Positions 49,280 through 62,300 of a DNA stretch of 64,000 nucleotides are shown here, one piece after another. The notes beneath the pieces are model-generated. The model had not been told where the DNA came from. It made no database searches and saw only the letters and a program-made list of their open reading frames with translations. Within the stretch, counting starts at the first letter, position 1, and each line of letters begins with the position of its first letter. Origin of the DNA: Marsupella aquatica (taxonomy: Eukaryota; Plantae; Marchantiophyta); NCBI GenBank assembly GCA_973895155.1, contig OZ316898.1, forward strand, positions 8,171,079-8,235,078, read 5' to 3'. The position numbers and the translations under genes were made by a program.

Positions 49280-51953
49280 ATGCAGTGCCTGTTGTCGATG
49301 CTGGTGATGGGATGGGCGATGGGCATTGTGCTGTTGGCCTATTTCCCCCGTTTTCTGCTCCGGCCATTGCCCACTTCTGGTAGCAAAAAGTCACCTGACT
49401 CTGAAGAATGCAGAGGGCATCTCGTTGAAGGTTTTCTTTATTGCCTGTACTCATTTATGTAACTTTGTTTGAATAGATTGGGAAATCCCTGTTCGTTTCC
49501 AAGTTTGTGGAGGTGTTATCCTGAAAGTCGTGTAATTACAGATATTGGGAAGGGAGCAAAGAGGGTTTTGCTTCTCGTTGCGCATCCGGATGACGAGTGC
49601 ATGTAAGTTTCTTTTGGACTAATCCGGAGATGTATAGTATTTGTATACGAATTGCTCAGTTATGGTGTATGGAATGATTATACGCAAGGAGATTTCCAAA
49701 CAAGCGTAGAAGCTTAATTTCTTCACAAGAAATCCCCGTAATGGTACCTTACGTTGGTGTTTGTTACTCTATGGTTTCATTCAAATGCATGCACATTGAT
49801 CATGGCAACCTTAGTAAGACTCTGGCAAAGCTCCTGAGTTGACTGGGTGTACAATGATGTGGATGGTTTTGTGATACAACTTGATGATGGTTTTATCCCT
49901 CTAGGTTTTTCGGGCCAACTCTGCTGTCATTAACAATGCAACCTACAGCGTTTGACCTTCGAGTGCTCTGTATCTCTTCGGGTATAGCCAATGTCCTTTC
50001 CTTTGGACCTGCTTAAAGTTGGCAATCAGTGTAATACATTAAGTAGGAAGGGAGAGTAGAGCTTCATTTCACATTATCCCTCAAAATTCTTGGAAAGGTT
50101 TTCTTTATCAGACTCCTTTGCTTTGGCAGGAAATGCTGATGGACTTGGGGAGAGGCGCAAATTGGAAATGGTATCGTCGTGTATCGTTTTCAAGGTGAGG
50201 AAAGATTAGTCCCAAACGAGGACTTACCTTAAGCACTTAAGTAGGCTTTTGCAAGATGTTAGGTATGTCCACACAAACTGTTCCGATATTATCTTTCGCA
50301 AAGTTTGGAGATTCTCTTGATTACAATTTGTACTCAATGAGATAGAAATTTCTTATGTTTCTGGTTATTTGTTGTGAAGTCCTTCCTGTTTCATTGCTGA
50401 AGAAGGGCTGAACAGGTGCCAGCCGAACACGTGGAAGTTCTAGATCATCCTGCGCTACAAGTAAGCAATCCTGGTGCTCTGTCCGTCCTTACTACTTTCT
50501 CTTGATTTCTTCGAGACTATTTCTCTCTGTTTCTCTAAATTTATGATCGAAAGAGAGTTATATCTGAGCGATGCACTCTCTTTCAGGATGGCCATAATCA
50601 AGAGTGGAGTCAGCAGCTACTTGTCGAGATTATCGATCGGACGGTGAAATCACAAGAGATAGATACTGTAAGCCTGGTCAAACATACAACCTCAAGATAA
50701 TTATTGGTAGGTCTTGATACAGAGTGTAATCGTCTTACTCGGTAATCTACTGTCATTTGTAGACCTTGATTGGTGAGCTCTCCTTCATTTGAGACTGTAT
50801 TTGTGGACATTGGCTGGTAGTGTTTGCGTCATTTGTTGACCTTTGTCGGTCCAATGACGACGAGTCTTGTGTGTTTTTGGTCTTGTAATGCTTCCATCTC
50901 TTTTGATGGTGTTGTTTGGTACTGTCGTTCTGTGCTTACGGTGACTCAGGTGATCACGTTTGACGGTCATGGAGTGTCTGGTCACCCAAATCATTCTGCA
51001 GTATCGCGAGCGTTGCGGTGCGAATAATATAACTCATTGCCTGAGGATTGTTTTGTAAGAGTTAGACCTGAACAGTTCATGGGTGTGAATTCCGCTCGGT
51101 GATTGACTTGGTAGTTGTAACAAAGCCTGGCTCCTCAACTGCCTATTCCTGGCCATCTGATCTTACTGTACCATGCCCTATTCTATTTTGTACCCACTGA
51201 CTCTCATTCTCTGTACCATATTCCGCGGGATGGCAAGTCCTTTGTTGTGCTGTTTGTTGTTGTTCCTAAAAGTTTTAACATAACCTAGTCTTGTCAACTA
51301 CATTACTTTGCAGTGCCTATGTGTCGAGGGGTTTCAAGCTTTCGCAACGTGATGCTTATCTTCCAACTTTTGAAGGCTGGGAACTTGTATGTACTCTCAG
51401 TTCTGCTGTCTTCGTTTCTGTTGCTGTGCAAGCTGTTTATATGTCTGCTGGTTCGTGTCATACAATTTTCTACCATAGAAATGCCTCTAGCACTAAACTT
51501 GCTGTGTGTGGCAGGTGAGCTTGAACATTGTACGCAAGTATTCTGGCGTGTTGGAGATTTGCTTTTCAGCTTTGGGCTGGTTAATGAGTAGGAGAAAAGG
51601 CAATATTCACTGCTATCTGACTCCAAACCCTTTGACAAGCGTGGCAGCAATGAAGCAACATGAAAGTCAATGGGTGTGGTGAGTTGTTTCTCTAACCTTG
51701 CATAATTGTGAGTTTCCAAACGGGTTTATGAGTGTGTTTGACGATGACGACCCTTGATTATATTGTTCTATATTCTGAGACCCGGTCATCTACTAGCTGA
51801 GTATCTACTAAGGCAATGAAAGTGCCTTGTCACAGGTTCAGGAGATTATTTGTTGTATTTTCCGCCTACACGTATGTCAACGTGTTGAAGAAGATAGAAT
51901 CCCAGCCAAGAGTCTCTACGAAGAGCAGAGAAGTGGTTGGATGGACGGACTGA
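49280..51953 (+). CDS. PIG-L: N-acetylglucosaminyl-phosphatidylinositol de-N-acetylase (GPI biosynthesis step 2)
   Basis: Ten in-phase exons: 49280(or a nearby in-frame ATG)-49379, 49542-49602, 49905-49981, 50130-50194, 50416-50460, 50587-50667, 50950-51017, 51314-51386, 51515-51678 and 51836-51953. It has an N-terminal TM segment and the motifs AHPDDECMFFGPT, SSGNADGLG, ITFDGHGVSGHPNH and AMKQHESQWVWFRRLFVVFSAYTYVN. Confidence 0.95.
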
Positions 51954-54900
51954 AGCGTTGCAATATTGGGTTCTGGGCGCGTCCACTCGTGGTTTCCTGT
52001 GGTCTCAATCTAGTCTAACGTCTAACAAATTGAATCAGAACCATAAGTTGTAAGGAAGGAAGAAGATATCCCAATCACGCAAATCATCACCTTCTAATCA
52101 TCGGGTGACCTTGAGGTTATCGTACTGAAAACAAGTAAATTGTGTTATTGGTTGGTTATCATCAATGGAATTGATTTGTAATCCTGGCTCTCAAGAAACT
52201 ACAGTTACCCAGGTACCTTCGACCATAATGGGTGTGTGCGATGATTTCGAAAGAAGTTTCATGAATTACCGATGGTAACTTCTTTTGAAGTACAGAATTA
52301 CGCAGGAGTGCTTTTAAAGACATGGGAGGTGCTGAATGATCTGGTTCTTGCACTGCCAAGGACTTGGCCGGGGTTTAGATTCTGTTCCTTGCCATGCAAA
52401 CGTTCTTTTGAGTACCTCTTCAAGGCCTCACAGGGTCAAGGGCATTCCCGTCTCTGAGATCTCTTTGGGCACAGAACTTGTGTTGCTTGTTTGCAGATGT
52501 ACGGTGCAGCTTATTGGATTGTCAATAGAATCTCCATGACTTAACTTCATTCTTGTCATAATTTTGGTAGAATAAAATTTTCAGAGGTCAGTACCGCAAT
52601 TTAAGTATGTTCAAACTGAATAATGAAGTCCATCCTTATGTATAACGTCATCAACTTTAACTATTCATGAGGCCTTTGCGATGGTTTTGTGACATGACTG
52701 TGGCAGATACAGTACGTGTTTGTTGTGATATCTTTGTCACCTTTAGCAAATCTCAGGCTACAATAAATATGCATGGAGAGAAAAATCCCTACAGCTGCCG
52801 AAGGACTGTAATAAGACCAAAAGCTCTCGAAGTTTGTTAAAAAGGCCAAAGCCTGAATAGCTAGATCGACCCAGCAAAACAGCGGAACAAGCCACTAACA
52901 CACAACCAACTAATTACACTTCTGTGAAAGTGAAGAAGTCCTCACCCATTGGAGTATTCAGAAAGTGTTTTTATTTGCAACGTCTGGTTGGGTGCCCAAC
53001 GGTCCCTACTTTAAGGTTTGCACGCATTATGGGGTGGTGTGGGTGTCATTTATCTGTGTGAACAAATTAGAAAAGTGACAATAAAGATTTCCAAAAACTC
53101 TAGGGTTGAGCCCCCCGGGGCTTGGGGGGCTGCAAAAAGTAAAGGTGAAGTAAATGTCCTGGCCAAAACTGGTGTTAAAGCCCCCTCCTAAAAAACAGAA
53201 ATCTGGAAAAGTCCTGGCGAGATGCCCTGCCTCGACCACAGAAATTAAGCAAAATGCCCACTACATCAATCGTGCAAAACTTCCCCCCTTGCACGCATTT
53301 GCAGCAGGACTACATTCGCACCAGGACCACAGGCAAGACTGATTTTTGAGTCTGACCTCCCCAAAACCAAAACTGAGTTTGCTGCTAGTCCCACACCCCC
53401 AGACACTACAAGGAGACATTCACCATTACTTTTAGGCAAAATTACAGGTCACTCCCCCTCATGCCCGACATTACAGAAAACTCTAATAGAGAAACAAAAT
53501 TTAAGTTTGGAGAAAGTGGACTCTAGAAATTACTAAAAAGTACCAAGGGGACCAAATTTCAACAAGAGTAAATGGAGAATTCCATAAAGTGTCATCTCAA
53601 CTATCTTTTTAGCTGGCCTGTGTACAACATGCCCCTATCTAACAACCCTAGGGACACTAGCTTCCCAACCATGGTTACCAAAAAGCGTGAATTCCAAAAA
53701 AACCTATGCACGCTGAAGGACTGGATGGCATACAGCGAGCAAATGCTTTTGACCAACATTCTTCATGGTTGAAAAGATTTCACCAAACTTCTCTGGTTTC
53801 CCTCCAAAGGATTGGGAGAGATCAATGCATTCTGACTTGAATGAATTCCACGGTGGTGGGGCAGGAGACGGCACAAGGTGAGAAGTTAAGGCTTTTCGCC
53901 AGGGTTGCAAATGGAGCCTTATGTGAAGGAGAAAATGTTGGCAATATTATGTATCTAGTTTTTTTAGAGTAATTTGTGACTGTCCCCTCCCTAGTTTTAA
54001 GGACAATGGTTGAATTTTGGCTAGCGGGGTCACTGGCTAGGTGGCTAGGAGGGAAACCGGTTCATGAAAAAAGTCCCAAGTGCCCCCAACCAAAGAATTT
54101 TTTTACTGCAAAAAATTTTCAAAATCCACCCCACTAAAAACTATTCACCACATTTGGCAAAAACAAGCCAGGATTTTTGTCTTCCATTAGCCAATTTCCC
54201 ACCAGTCCTAGGCAAATCTGGCAAATTCTGGATTTGCCAGATCTGCCTGAATTCTGCAGTTATTCCTGACCAGACCATCAGATCAGAAATTAATCTAAAA
54301 AAACTAGATAGTGAATCTTTTTGGCATCTTGTAGTGTCTTCACACCAGGTGATATTCCACACTTTCACCAACAACAAAAAAAAACCCTTAAATATTACTC
54401 TGCCCCCAACATCTTGGAAGCCATCCTCAATGTGCTTCCTAATTTACAATCAGCTACAAATGAGGTTGGAGCTCAAAGTTTCTCAATAAAATACACCTAT
54501 ATACCACAAAACTCATGAGACCTATTCCTTTTAAGTCTGAGGTCCTAAGGAAGGACAAATAGGCCAGGAAGTAATCCCCAAGATACTTCTCCTTGGGGGA
54601 TACAGCACGAGATGCACTGACAAATCTTGAACATGTGATGCAATACTAGCCCTGATGTTAACCCACCCTAAACATGGGCAACCTACAACCAGCACAGTCA
54701 TTCCCCAAATGAGTCGAGCACCTTTTTATCCTTGAGTCACTTTACAAATGTACAAACTTTTTGTCTAGACTTATCCTTAACCATACTTTAAAACCTGGTT
54801 GAGAGTCTGCATATCTCCTTCAATCTTTTTATTTAATTTGTTTTTAAGCAAAGCAGCACTGCACCCAATGTATTCCAATGGCCGCCCCAGCAAAGATCAG

Positions 54901-55636
54901 TGAGGAGCAAAGAAAAACGGACCCAAAGCACACACCATCCGAGCACCACTACACCCCAAAAGCCGCCCCAGGGTCTTGCACAGGATCCCCAAGATCACCA
55001 AATAGCAACCTTTAGCTGGGAGTGGAGCAGGGTCAGCTACCAAAAGACAGGCATGACATGAGTCCAACCACTAAGCTTATCAATGGGGTGCAAAGAGAAA
55101 CAGACCCGAAGGGCCAAAGCATCATATTCACCCTGTCAAATCTCCACCCTACTTTGGAGATCACACCAAGCATATCTAGCTCTGGTACCTAAAAGGAGTG
55201 GTGCTACCATTGTTGAGGCAATTTCTCAGAGTAGCTGCCCCAATTATCTCAATGATTCCAGTTAGTTTCTGAAACAAGTTCCTGGCCTTTAATTTCCCAC
55301 AATTTCAGTCTGCTGATGAGTAGCATGAATGTTAATAGAAACATTAGCTTCAAATGAGCTGTTGCGTCTCAACCCAGATGCACGAACCATCTTGTGAGTG
55401 AGCAGGAGGAAGCCAGGGTTACCCTTCTATGATTGAATACGAGTATCAAGCTTGCCAAAGAACAAGCACTCTGCAGCCTTGTTCAGACTGGTATCCACTG
55501 CAATGTGTTCAATTTTGACCTTATGTGGTATAAGGCAAGGGCAGTCATAGAACATATATTCAGTTGTTTCCATGTGTCCTCGTCACAATAATGCCATCAA
55601 TAGCTCACTCACAAGTTCTATCTATACTACAAACTC

Positions 55637-55711
55637 GGGGGTCTCACTATATGGGGACCTCCCCATCACCTGCAATGTTTTCAAGCCTTGGACCCCCTAA
55701 AATGTAAGAAT
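55637..55711. mobile_element. Terminal segment of the same DNA-transposon/MITE family (copy 2, inverted)
   Basis: GGGGTCTCACTATATGG..ATCACCTG..GCCTTGG..CCCCCTAAAATGTAAGAA, an inverted match to 41651-41726. Confidence 0.55.
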
Positions 55712-58700
55712 TTTTTTAATTTTTTAACCCCTATAAAGTTGGAATATCCCAAAAATTGGATTAAAAAGACCCTAATGTTCTTATAAGTCTCAAAATTGAA
55801 TTTAAAAGACCCTATTGTTCTTTTGCAAAACTTCTTAAGTCTTCCCTTAGAACCAATAAAACAACACTATCCTTCGTCGCATGTGATATGCCATTTTTGT
55901 GGAAGTGAAACCCCCGAGACTACAAATTAACACCCTCAAAAGGTTTGAAATCTTATAAGGCACTTGTCTCAGACCAAAACTCAGTAATGTATGCGAATGG
56001 AATCTGAACTCATGAAATATGAATTGTCTATCATATGGCCTTATTATGGATTAGAAATTCTCTATATTTGCACTATTGATCTTGCATGAACTTGTTTGAA
56101 AGACTATTTCAACAATTTCCAGACAAAGCTCTTATAATTTAGAATTGAGGGATGGTTTCCTGTAAATTAATTCCAAAATTTTATGCGAAAGATGAAGCTA
56201 GCAGTGATGAGAAGGTTTCAATTACTGCCTCAAGAATTCTGCTTGCAGTGAAGGATATCACATGGGAAGGTAGACACTTGCCCCAGACTTTCAAAGCCAA
56301 TGTTTTGGGTGCAGGATGACACGTGCCCAGGGTCCACAATGTTCTGGGTGTGAGTTGACACCTGCACCAAGCTTCTTTCATGTGTAACACTTTGCCTGTG
56401 GGTTGACACCTGCACCGGACTTCTTCATTTACTTCTTTACAAAGAACATAAGACATGCCACACTTCATATACAACTCTCTCACATCACCAATGCCTTTTG
56501 ATTCAGCAAAACTTGACACACCTTCTCCACTCTCCTGAAGGATGAACCCCCCCATCTTCGACCCAAACTTGCTTGCTACTTCTTGCCTGCATGTAACTCA
56601 AACATTATCATCCTCATAGGGGAAATTCCAACCACATCTCTAGTTTGTGGACATAATTGGATCCTATTATAGCATGTACACCCACAAGATCCTCATGCTA
56701 TCACATTTTCATTAGCACGCTCGTTCAATTCACATGATCCCATGAAAACACCCTGACTTGCAGTCTTGGGCTTTAGAAATGCTTCCCTGCCAAAAGATGT
56801 GTCACATAGATCAAGTGCATCAGCCTGTTAGGACCATGTCATTTGAACACTTGGGCCAGATTTTAGCCTAGCCTTAATTTTCCTTCCTCCTCCCCATGCA
56901 TACTGTCCCTTTCTCCCTATATGTATTCCTAGTCTCGTATCAATAAAATAGGTTTTTAACATCCAAAATATGAGTATTTATAGAGTTAGGCCAGGATCAC
57001 AAGGGACACCTTAAAAATACACCAAGTTAACCACTGATGGTCAAAGATGACGATGAAGATCCTCTGATCTGTAGGTGAGTGTGTCGTGGCCAGATAAGAT
57101 GCTTTAGGCCAAAGGCACCTCAAAAGAATTCAACGAATGCTTTCCCATTTTTGTGGCATCTTTGCCCTGAGGCTCCGCCAATAGAAAATCATCCCAAATG
57201 CTGCGTGAGATTGCCCTACGTTACATTACAAGGAAACTTAAAGTAATTTATTTTTAGAGCCATATAAGTTGTATCCAGATTAACAAACCCTTGATATAAG
57301 GAGTCTGTAAAGGTACTCCAAAGTGTTTGCTTAGAAGGAGGGCAGACTGTATGCGTTTTGACAACCCACTTTTGTTAGGGGATTTGTTCAGATTTTCAAT
57401 CTTGAGCCATCCAACAACAATAGTCCTAATGTCTACTAGAGCACCGCATTAGAGGCTTGTTTCACTTTTCACTTGCAAACAGACTCACTACAGTTCAATG
57501 AATGTTGACCCTTACTCACAGTTTATCCATTCCACTAGGAGCAAGGCATCAAATGGTCTGAAAGGTTGCCCTCTTCCATTTTCTCCTTTATGAGAATTCC
57601 CAAGTTGTATTATATTTGTTGGAATACACACATAGCCACTCTTTTGGTTTAATTAGTGCTTTGGCATCTTTTGCACCATGCGCAAGGAAACTAACTCAGC
57701 TTAGCTAATGATCTGATGGTAGACATCTTGCACATTTTTTCTGAATTGGGCTGGTTGCAACTCCTCACAAGCCTGATTGGTCCATCTCATTACCACCCTC
57801 AACCCTGGGGGCAAGTCTCTTTGAGTCCTCCCGTCCCAACTTGTCCCAGTCCGGGTCACCTTATATTTTTGAAAGTAGGAGACTGACCCCAAGTTGGAAG
57901 GTGATAGGGTGTGCAAGTTAGGATTGAGAAGAGCTTTAAATATCAGATATAAATTCTACCATGTTTGGATTGCATTGTGCTAGCCCAAGTTAGAGTCATT
58001 AACCCTGGTTAAAAGAGGTGGCAGAGTTATAATAGGGTGAAACAGAGCTTTAGACCTGTGTGAAATATTAAATATTTTTAATTTTAGGAAGTGATCCAAC
58101 GTCAAACACTGCCCTGTTTAAGTTTTTTCATTTAAAAAAATATGTATAATGAAAAGGCACTGTGTTACATCAAGATGCTTAGAATATTCTTAAAATTTAT
58201 ATCACCAAAATTCTCTTGAATTTTTAAAGCACCCAAATTTACTTTCATTCAGTTCCAAGATTTTAGTAATTAATTTATGTTGTACCAACCTCGATGTCAC
58301 TAAGGGACTGCTGTCTGTCTGTTGATAAGGAGAACCAAAGGGTGACAGGGGAAACGGCAGAGTGAATTGAGATGTTCCCTGCAAGAATCCAAGGGCGAAA
58401 GGCAAATCCCGAGGGAAATGGCCAGGTGACAGGGGAAATGAGGAGGAAGCAAAATATCCCAGTGCTACACATTTTGAATGGAAAGTAGCACACAAGGGTT
58501 CCATTTTCAGCCTGCCTTGATGGCAACCTAATTCCTTTTTCTTATTTTCTGGAAGGGAAAAGGACCAATTTACCGAAAAGTGCCAAAAAAGTACAGCGAA
58601 ATAAAAGCAAAAGAACTCCAGCGTGGACAAACACCCAACTCAACCAAATTCAAAAGAAAGAGCAAATACAAACTCCTTTTCCAGTAAAGTGTTATGTTTG

Positions 58701-61700
58701 GTTCACAATATACCTACGGCCTACAACAGAAACTATATTTGGTGGATGTCTTTCTTTGTAGGGCTATAATGGGAGTTTTTCTTTAGTGTGTAAAAATTCC
58801 CTAGCTTCCACCTCCCTGAAAAGTATTTTCCACTTTTGGCCAAAAATTTCCATTAGCTCTTTTCCCACCTAATCCCAGAGCCATAATTGTGAGTAGATGG
58901 AATCTTACTGTTAACCCCAGAATTTTGATTAGGAAGGAAAATTACTGTGAACCTCAAATCTAGGAAAATTTGATAAATAAAAAACGTTCCTCCTTCACAC
59001 AAGGTGACATTAGCCACCTTGGCGAAAAAGGAGAAACCTCACAAACTACTCATCCTATTAGGCATTACAAAAAAAATTGGAACCTTAGGTTTTGCACATG
59101 TGAGACTTTGCAGAAACAATTCCGCACCCTGATGTAAGAGGGAAAAATTCAATTTTCTCATATTTATTTTACTATGCAATCACAATTGAAACTTACTTTT
59201 CAGGTACTATGGTCTAGAATGAACTCTCTAGGCAGTGACTATGGGGCTTAGATGAAATTGGGGTTGCCAGTGTAAAACTGAGATTGGGGATAAGGTGAGT
59301 CTTGGAAAAAGGCAGACTGGACATGAATAATGTAGTCAGTGACCTCTACTGTAGTTCATTTCAAGCAATGGAAACTCAAGCTAATTAATATTTTATCATT
59401 TCATGCTATAATAATAACTACCAATTCGTACCTACCTGAGAGCCCTACACAAAAGCAAATTCCTACAGTAGGAAGTATATTTGGTGGATGTCTTTCTTTA
59501 ATTAATTAAGGGGCTATCATGTCATGTCGCGGATGAGGGAGGAGTCCAGCGGGCTGACAGGGCCGGGCAGTAGCTCGCTCGTGCCTCCGGGATTGCTGCC
59601 GACCGGGCAGGGCCCAGCAGAATCCAGGGCGGGGGCAGGGCAGGAACGCCTGGCAGGTCTGTCGTGCAGATTTTCCACAGTGCTGGTTCAGACTGCTGAC
59701 CGTCCTCTGCCATCCTATGATCCTATCCCCCGGAGCGTTCCCGCCCCAACCCGGTTGGTCCATATTATTATTATTTCTCTGCAGAAATTTTAAGCTCTTA
59801 AGCTGTCTCTACATTGTAGATTCGACTCGATGTAAATACACTCTCAAGAATGTATGCACTAAACAGGGGCTTTACACTAAGTAATAATTGCAAACTTGTC
59901 CAACTACCTCTTGATTTGTAAATCAAATCTGCCCAAGCCTAAATGTCGGAGGAGGACATGCATGACGGATAATTTTATTAGCCAAATTGAACATCTATCC
60001 TAAAAAGTAGGTTTTCTACTCTATAATTGCATTTTTACTGTACTAAAGGAGGATTGCACTTATCAATAAATGCAATTTGATGGGATTGTGTTTTTACTCT
60101 GCATTACTCTCCCAAGGGCCGTAAAACCACTTAGGGCACTTCCAAAAGCTGCAAAACGAATTGCAAACCGTTCGTAATATAGAAGTGAGCCTTTAAAAAA
60201 CGTGCAAAAGAGAAATGCGAACTCTTCTTCGTCCGATTGAAGTCATCATTTACAAGCGAGGCAAACGACTTCTTCGTTCGCGAGAAGTGATGGGTCCGGG
60301 CAGGGGTTGTGGGAAAAGATTCCGTGCGAGAAACGATGCCCACACGTACTTGCGATGGGGAGTGTCAGGCGACCGCTCTCCCCGTCGTTCGATGGAAGTC
60401 ATCATTGGCAGTACCGATAGACGCCGTAACTTGCTGCTGCAGTGTTGACAGTGGTAGTCAGTCAGTCCATTTCGGGGAGGCACGGGGACGGACGGCGACG
60501 CGCAGAAAATGCTGCACGGACTCTCGGACGGACTCTCGGATGGACGGACAGACAGACGGACTGCTATGGAGTACAGTACCGTAGATTGAAGTACAGGGGA
60601 CAAACGGGTACACCAGCGTAGTTTTTAATCAAGATTTTTCCTGTTTCGCCATGGCGACGAATGTCACCTTATAAGATGCTAATGTCACATTATAAGATAC
60701 TAAAAATATTATTTATTTTATTTTCAAACGAGACTAAGGACAAAAAAAGGCGGGATCTTTTATTATACTTATAGATTATTTTTTGTAGTAAAATTAGATC
60801 CCTTAGATTTGAAACCATGTCATGGCAAGGTGAGAAACTGGTGAAATTACAATTGCCCCTTCTAGAGCTGTGGGTTACTTGTATGATCCAAATTTCACTG
60901 AAAACAATTTGCTTAACCCTAAATTATGAAGCAAACTGGAACCTTAGAAGAAAACAATGAATGAAATGTTGAAAAAGGAAGAAGTCTTGGATACTTCGCC
61001 CATGTATATGGGGAATTGTGGAAGACAAGGAATAACCATCAGATTCTGACTAGTGGGGCCTAAGGCTACAGTAGGTGAGAAACTGGCTAATGGAAGACAA
61101 CAACTAAACACCATATTTCATGATAGTGGGGTCTCTCTATCCTGGCTAAAGGCCTCTCTCGCTGGGTGAAACTGACTACTGTAGTGGAAGATAAAAAGAA
61201 CCTACTGTAACTAATTTTGGCCCAAAGTGAAGAAGGCTTTAAAGTGAGTCTAGCCAATTTTTTACAACTAAAAAAAGGCTACACTGTTTACCATAGTTAG
61301 TTTGATTCTGTATATGGTGTGACTAACAGTAATATGTGGGTAGAGAAGATTTTTGAACTCAAATAACACTAATTATGGAACATACTAGGGTAACACTAAA
61401 ATCAATGATTTTCGAGTGTGAAAACACACAATCCAAATTTCATGAATCACTGATTCATGTGAATCCAATGCTTTGGCTAGGTTCTCTTGATTTAATGTAT
61501 CTTGTCTACGTTATTGTGCAAGAGTTCCTGTTTTTGATGACAGCCCGAGAGTCCTGCCGTCCACAACCTAGCCAGACATAGCTTGCCAAGACCAATTGAC
61601 CACTGTGATTGGCCTTCTCAGTTTTTATTGAAGGCCGCTGCATAATAGTCTTAAAGTTTGTTTCACAATTGCTTCAAAATGGAAAAGAGGACCAATTTAT

Positions 61701-61754
61701 TTAAAAGTAACACTAAAGTTTCAAAAAAATTTTGTCAGGTAGGTCCAAAGTTTA

Positions 61755-62300
61755 TATGCTTGACACTAATAGAGATGATACAACGGAAGTAATACACAGG
61801 TAATGGCGATGACACTCGATTGGTCTGTTTAATGTTTTGCACTAACACGGATGAAACTAGGGTAATAATATGCAGGTAGTGGCAATGTCACTCGACGGGT
61901 CTGATTTATGTTTTACGCTAGCAGAAATGACACTAGGGTAATAATAATAAGCAGGTAATGGCGATGACATTCAACTGGTCTGACTTATATTGTACGCTAA
62001 CAGGGCTGACAGTAGGGTAGAAACAATAATATGAAGGTAATGGCGGTGACACTCGACTCGTCTGATTCACGTTCTACGCGAACAAAAATATGGCACTAGG
62101 GTAGTAACAGGCAGGTAATGGCTATGACACTTGACTGGTCTGATTTTATGTTTGACGCTAACAGGGATGACAGTAAGGGACTATCAAGCAGGTAACAGCG
62201 ATGATGACACTTGACTGGTCTGATTTATGTTTGACACTAACAGGGATGGCACTACGGAAGTAATGAGCAGGTAATGGCGATGGCACTTGACTGGTCTGAT
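61755..62300. repeat. Diverged ~76-82-bp tandem array (7 units)
   Basis: (C/A)AGGTAATGGCGATGACAC..GGTCTGA..TTATGTTT..CTAACAG..ATGACACTAGGGTAATAA recurs at ~61797, 61873, 61952, 62034, 62112, 62188 and 62268. Confidence 0.9.

Noticed and set aside
33944-51953. GET4 and PIG-L as a functional ER membrane-anchoring gene cluster
   Set aside because: They act in different pathways, are ~11 kb apart with TE debris between them, and nothing in the sequence indicates co-regulation.
56180-57920. Possible decayed transposase coding sequence
   Set aside because: The composition is suggestive, but I could not recover any DDE or zinc-finger motif. It needs a TBLASTX search against a TE library.
61755-62300. 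CRISPR-like or box C/D snoRNA-cluster reading of the array (also considered for 24121-24480 and 40183-40410)
   Set aside because: The would-be spacers are homologous to each other, there are no cas genes, and the context is eukaryotic. C boxes are non-canonical and there are no terminal stems.
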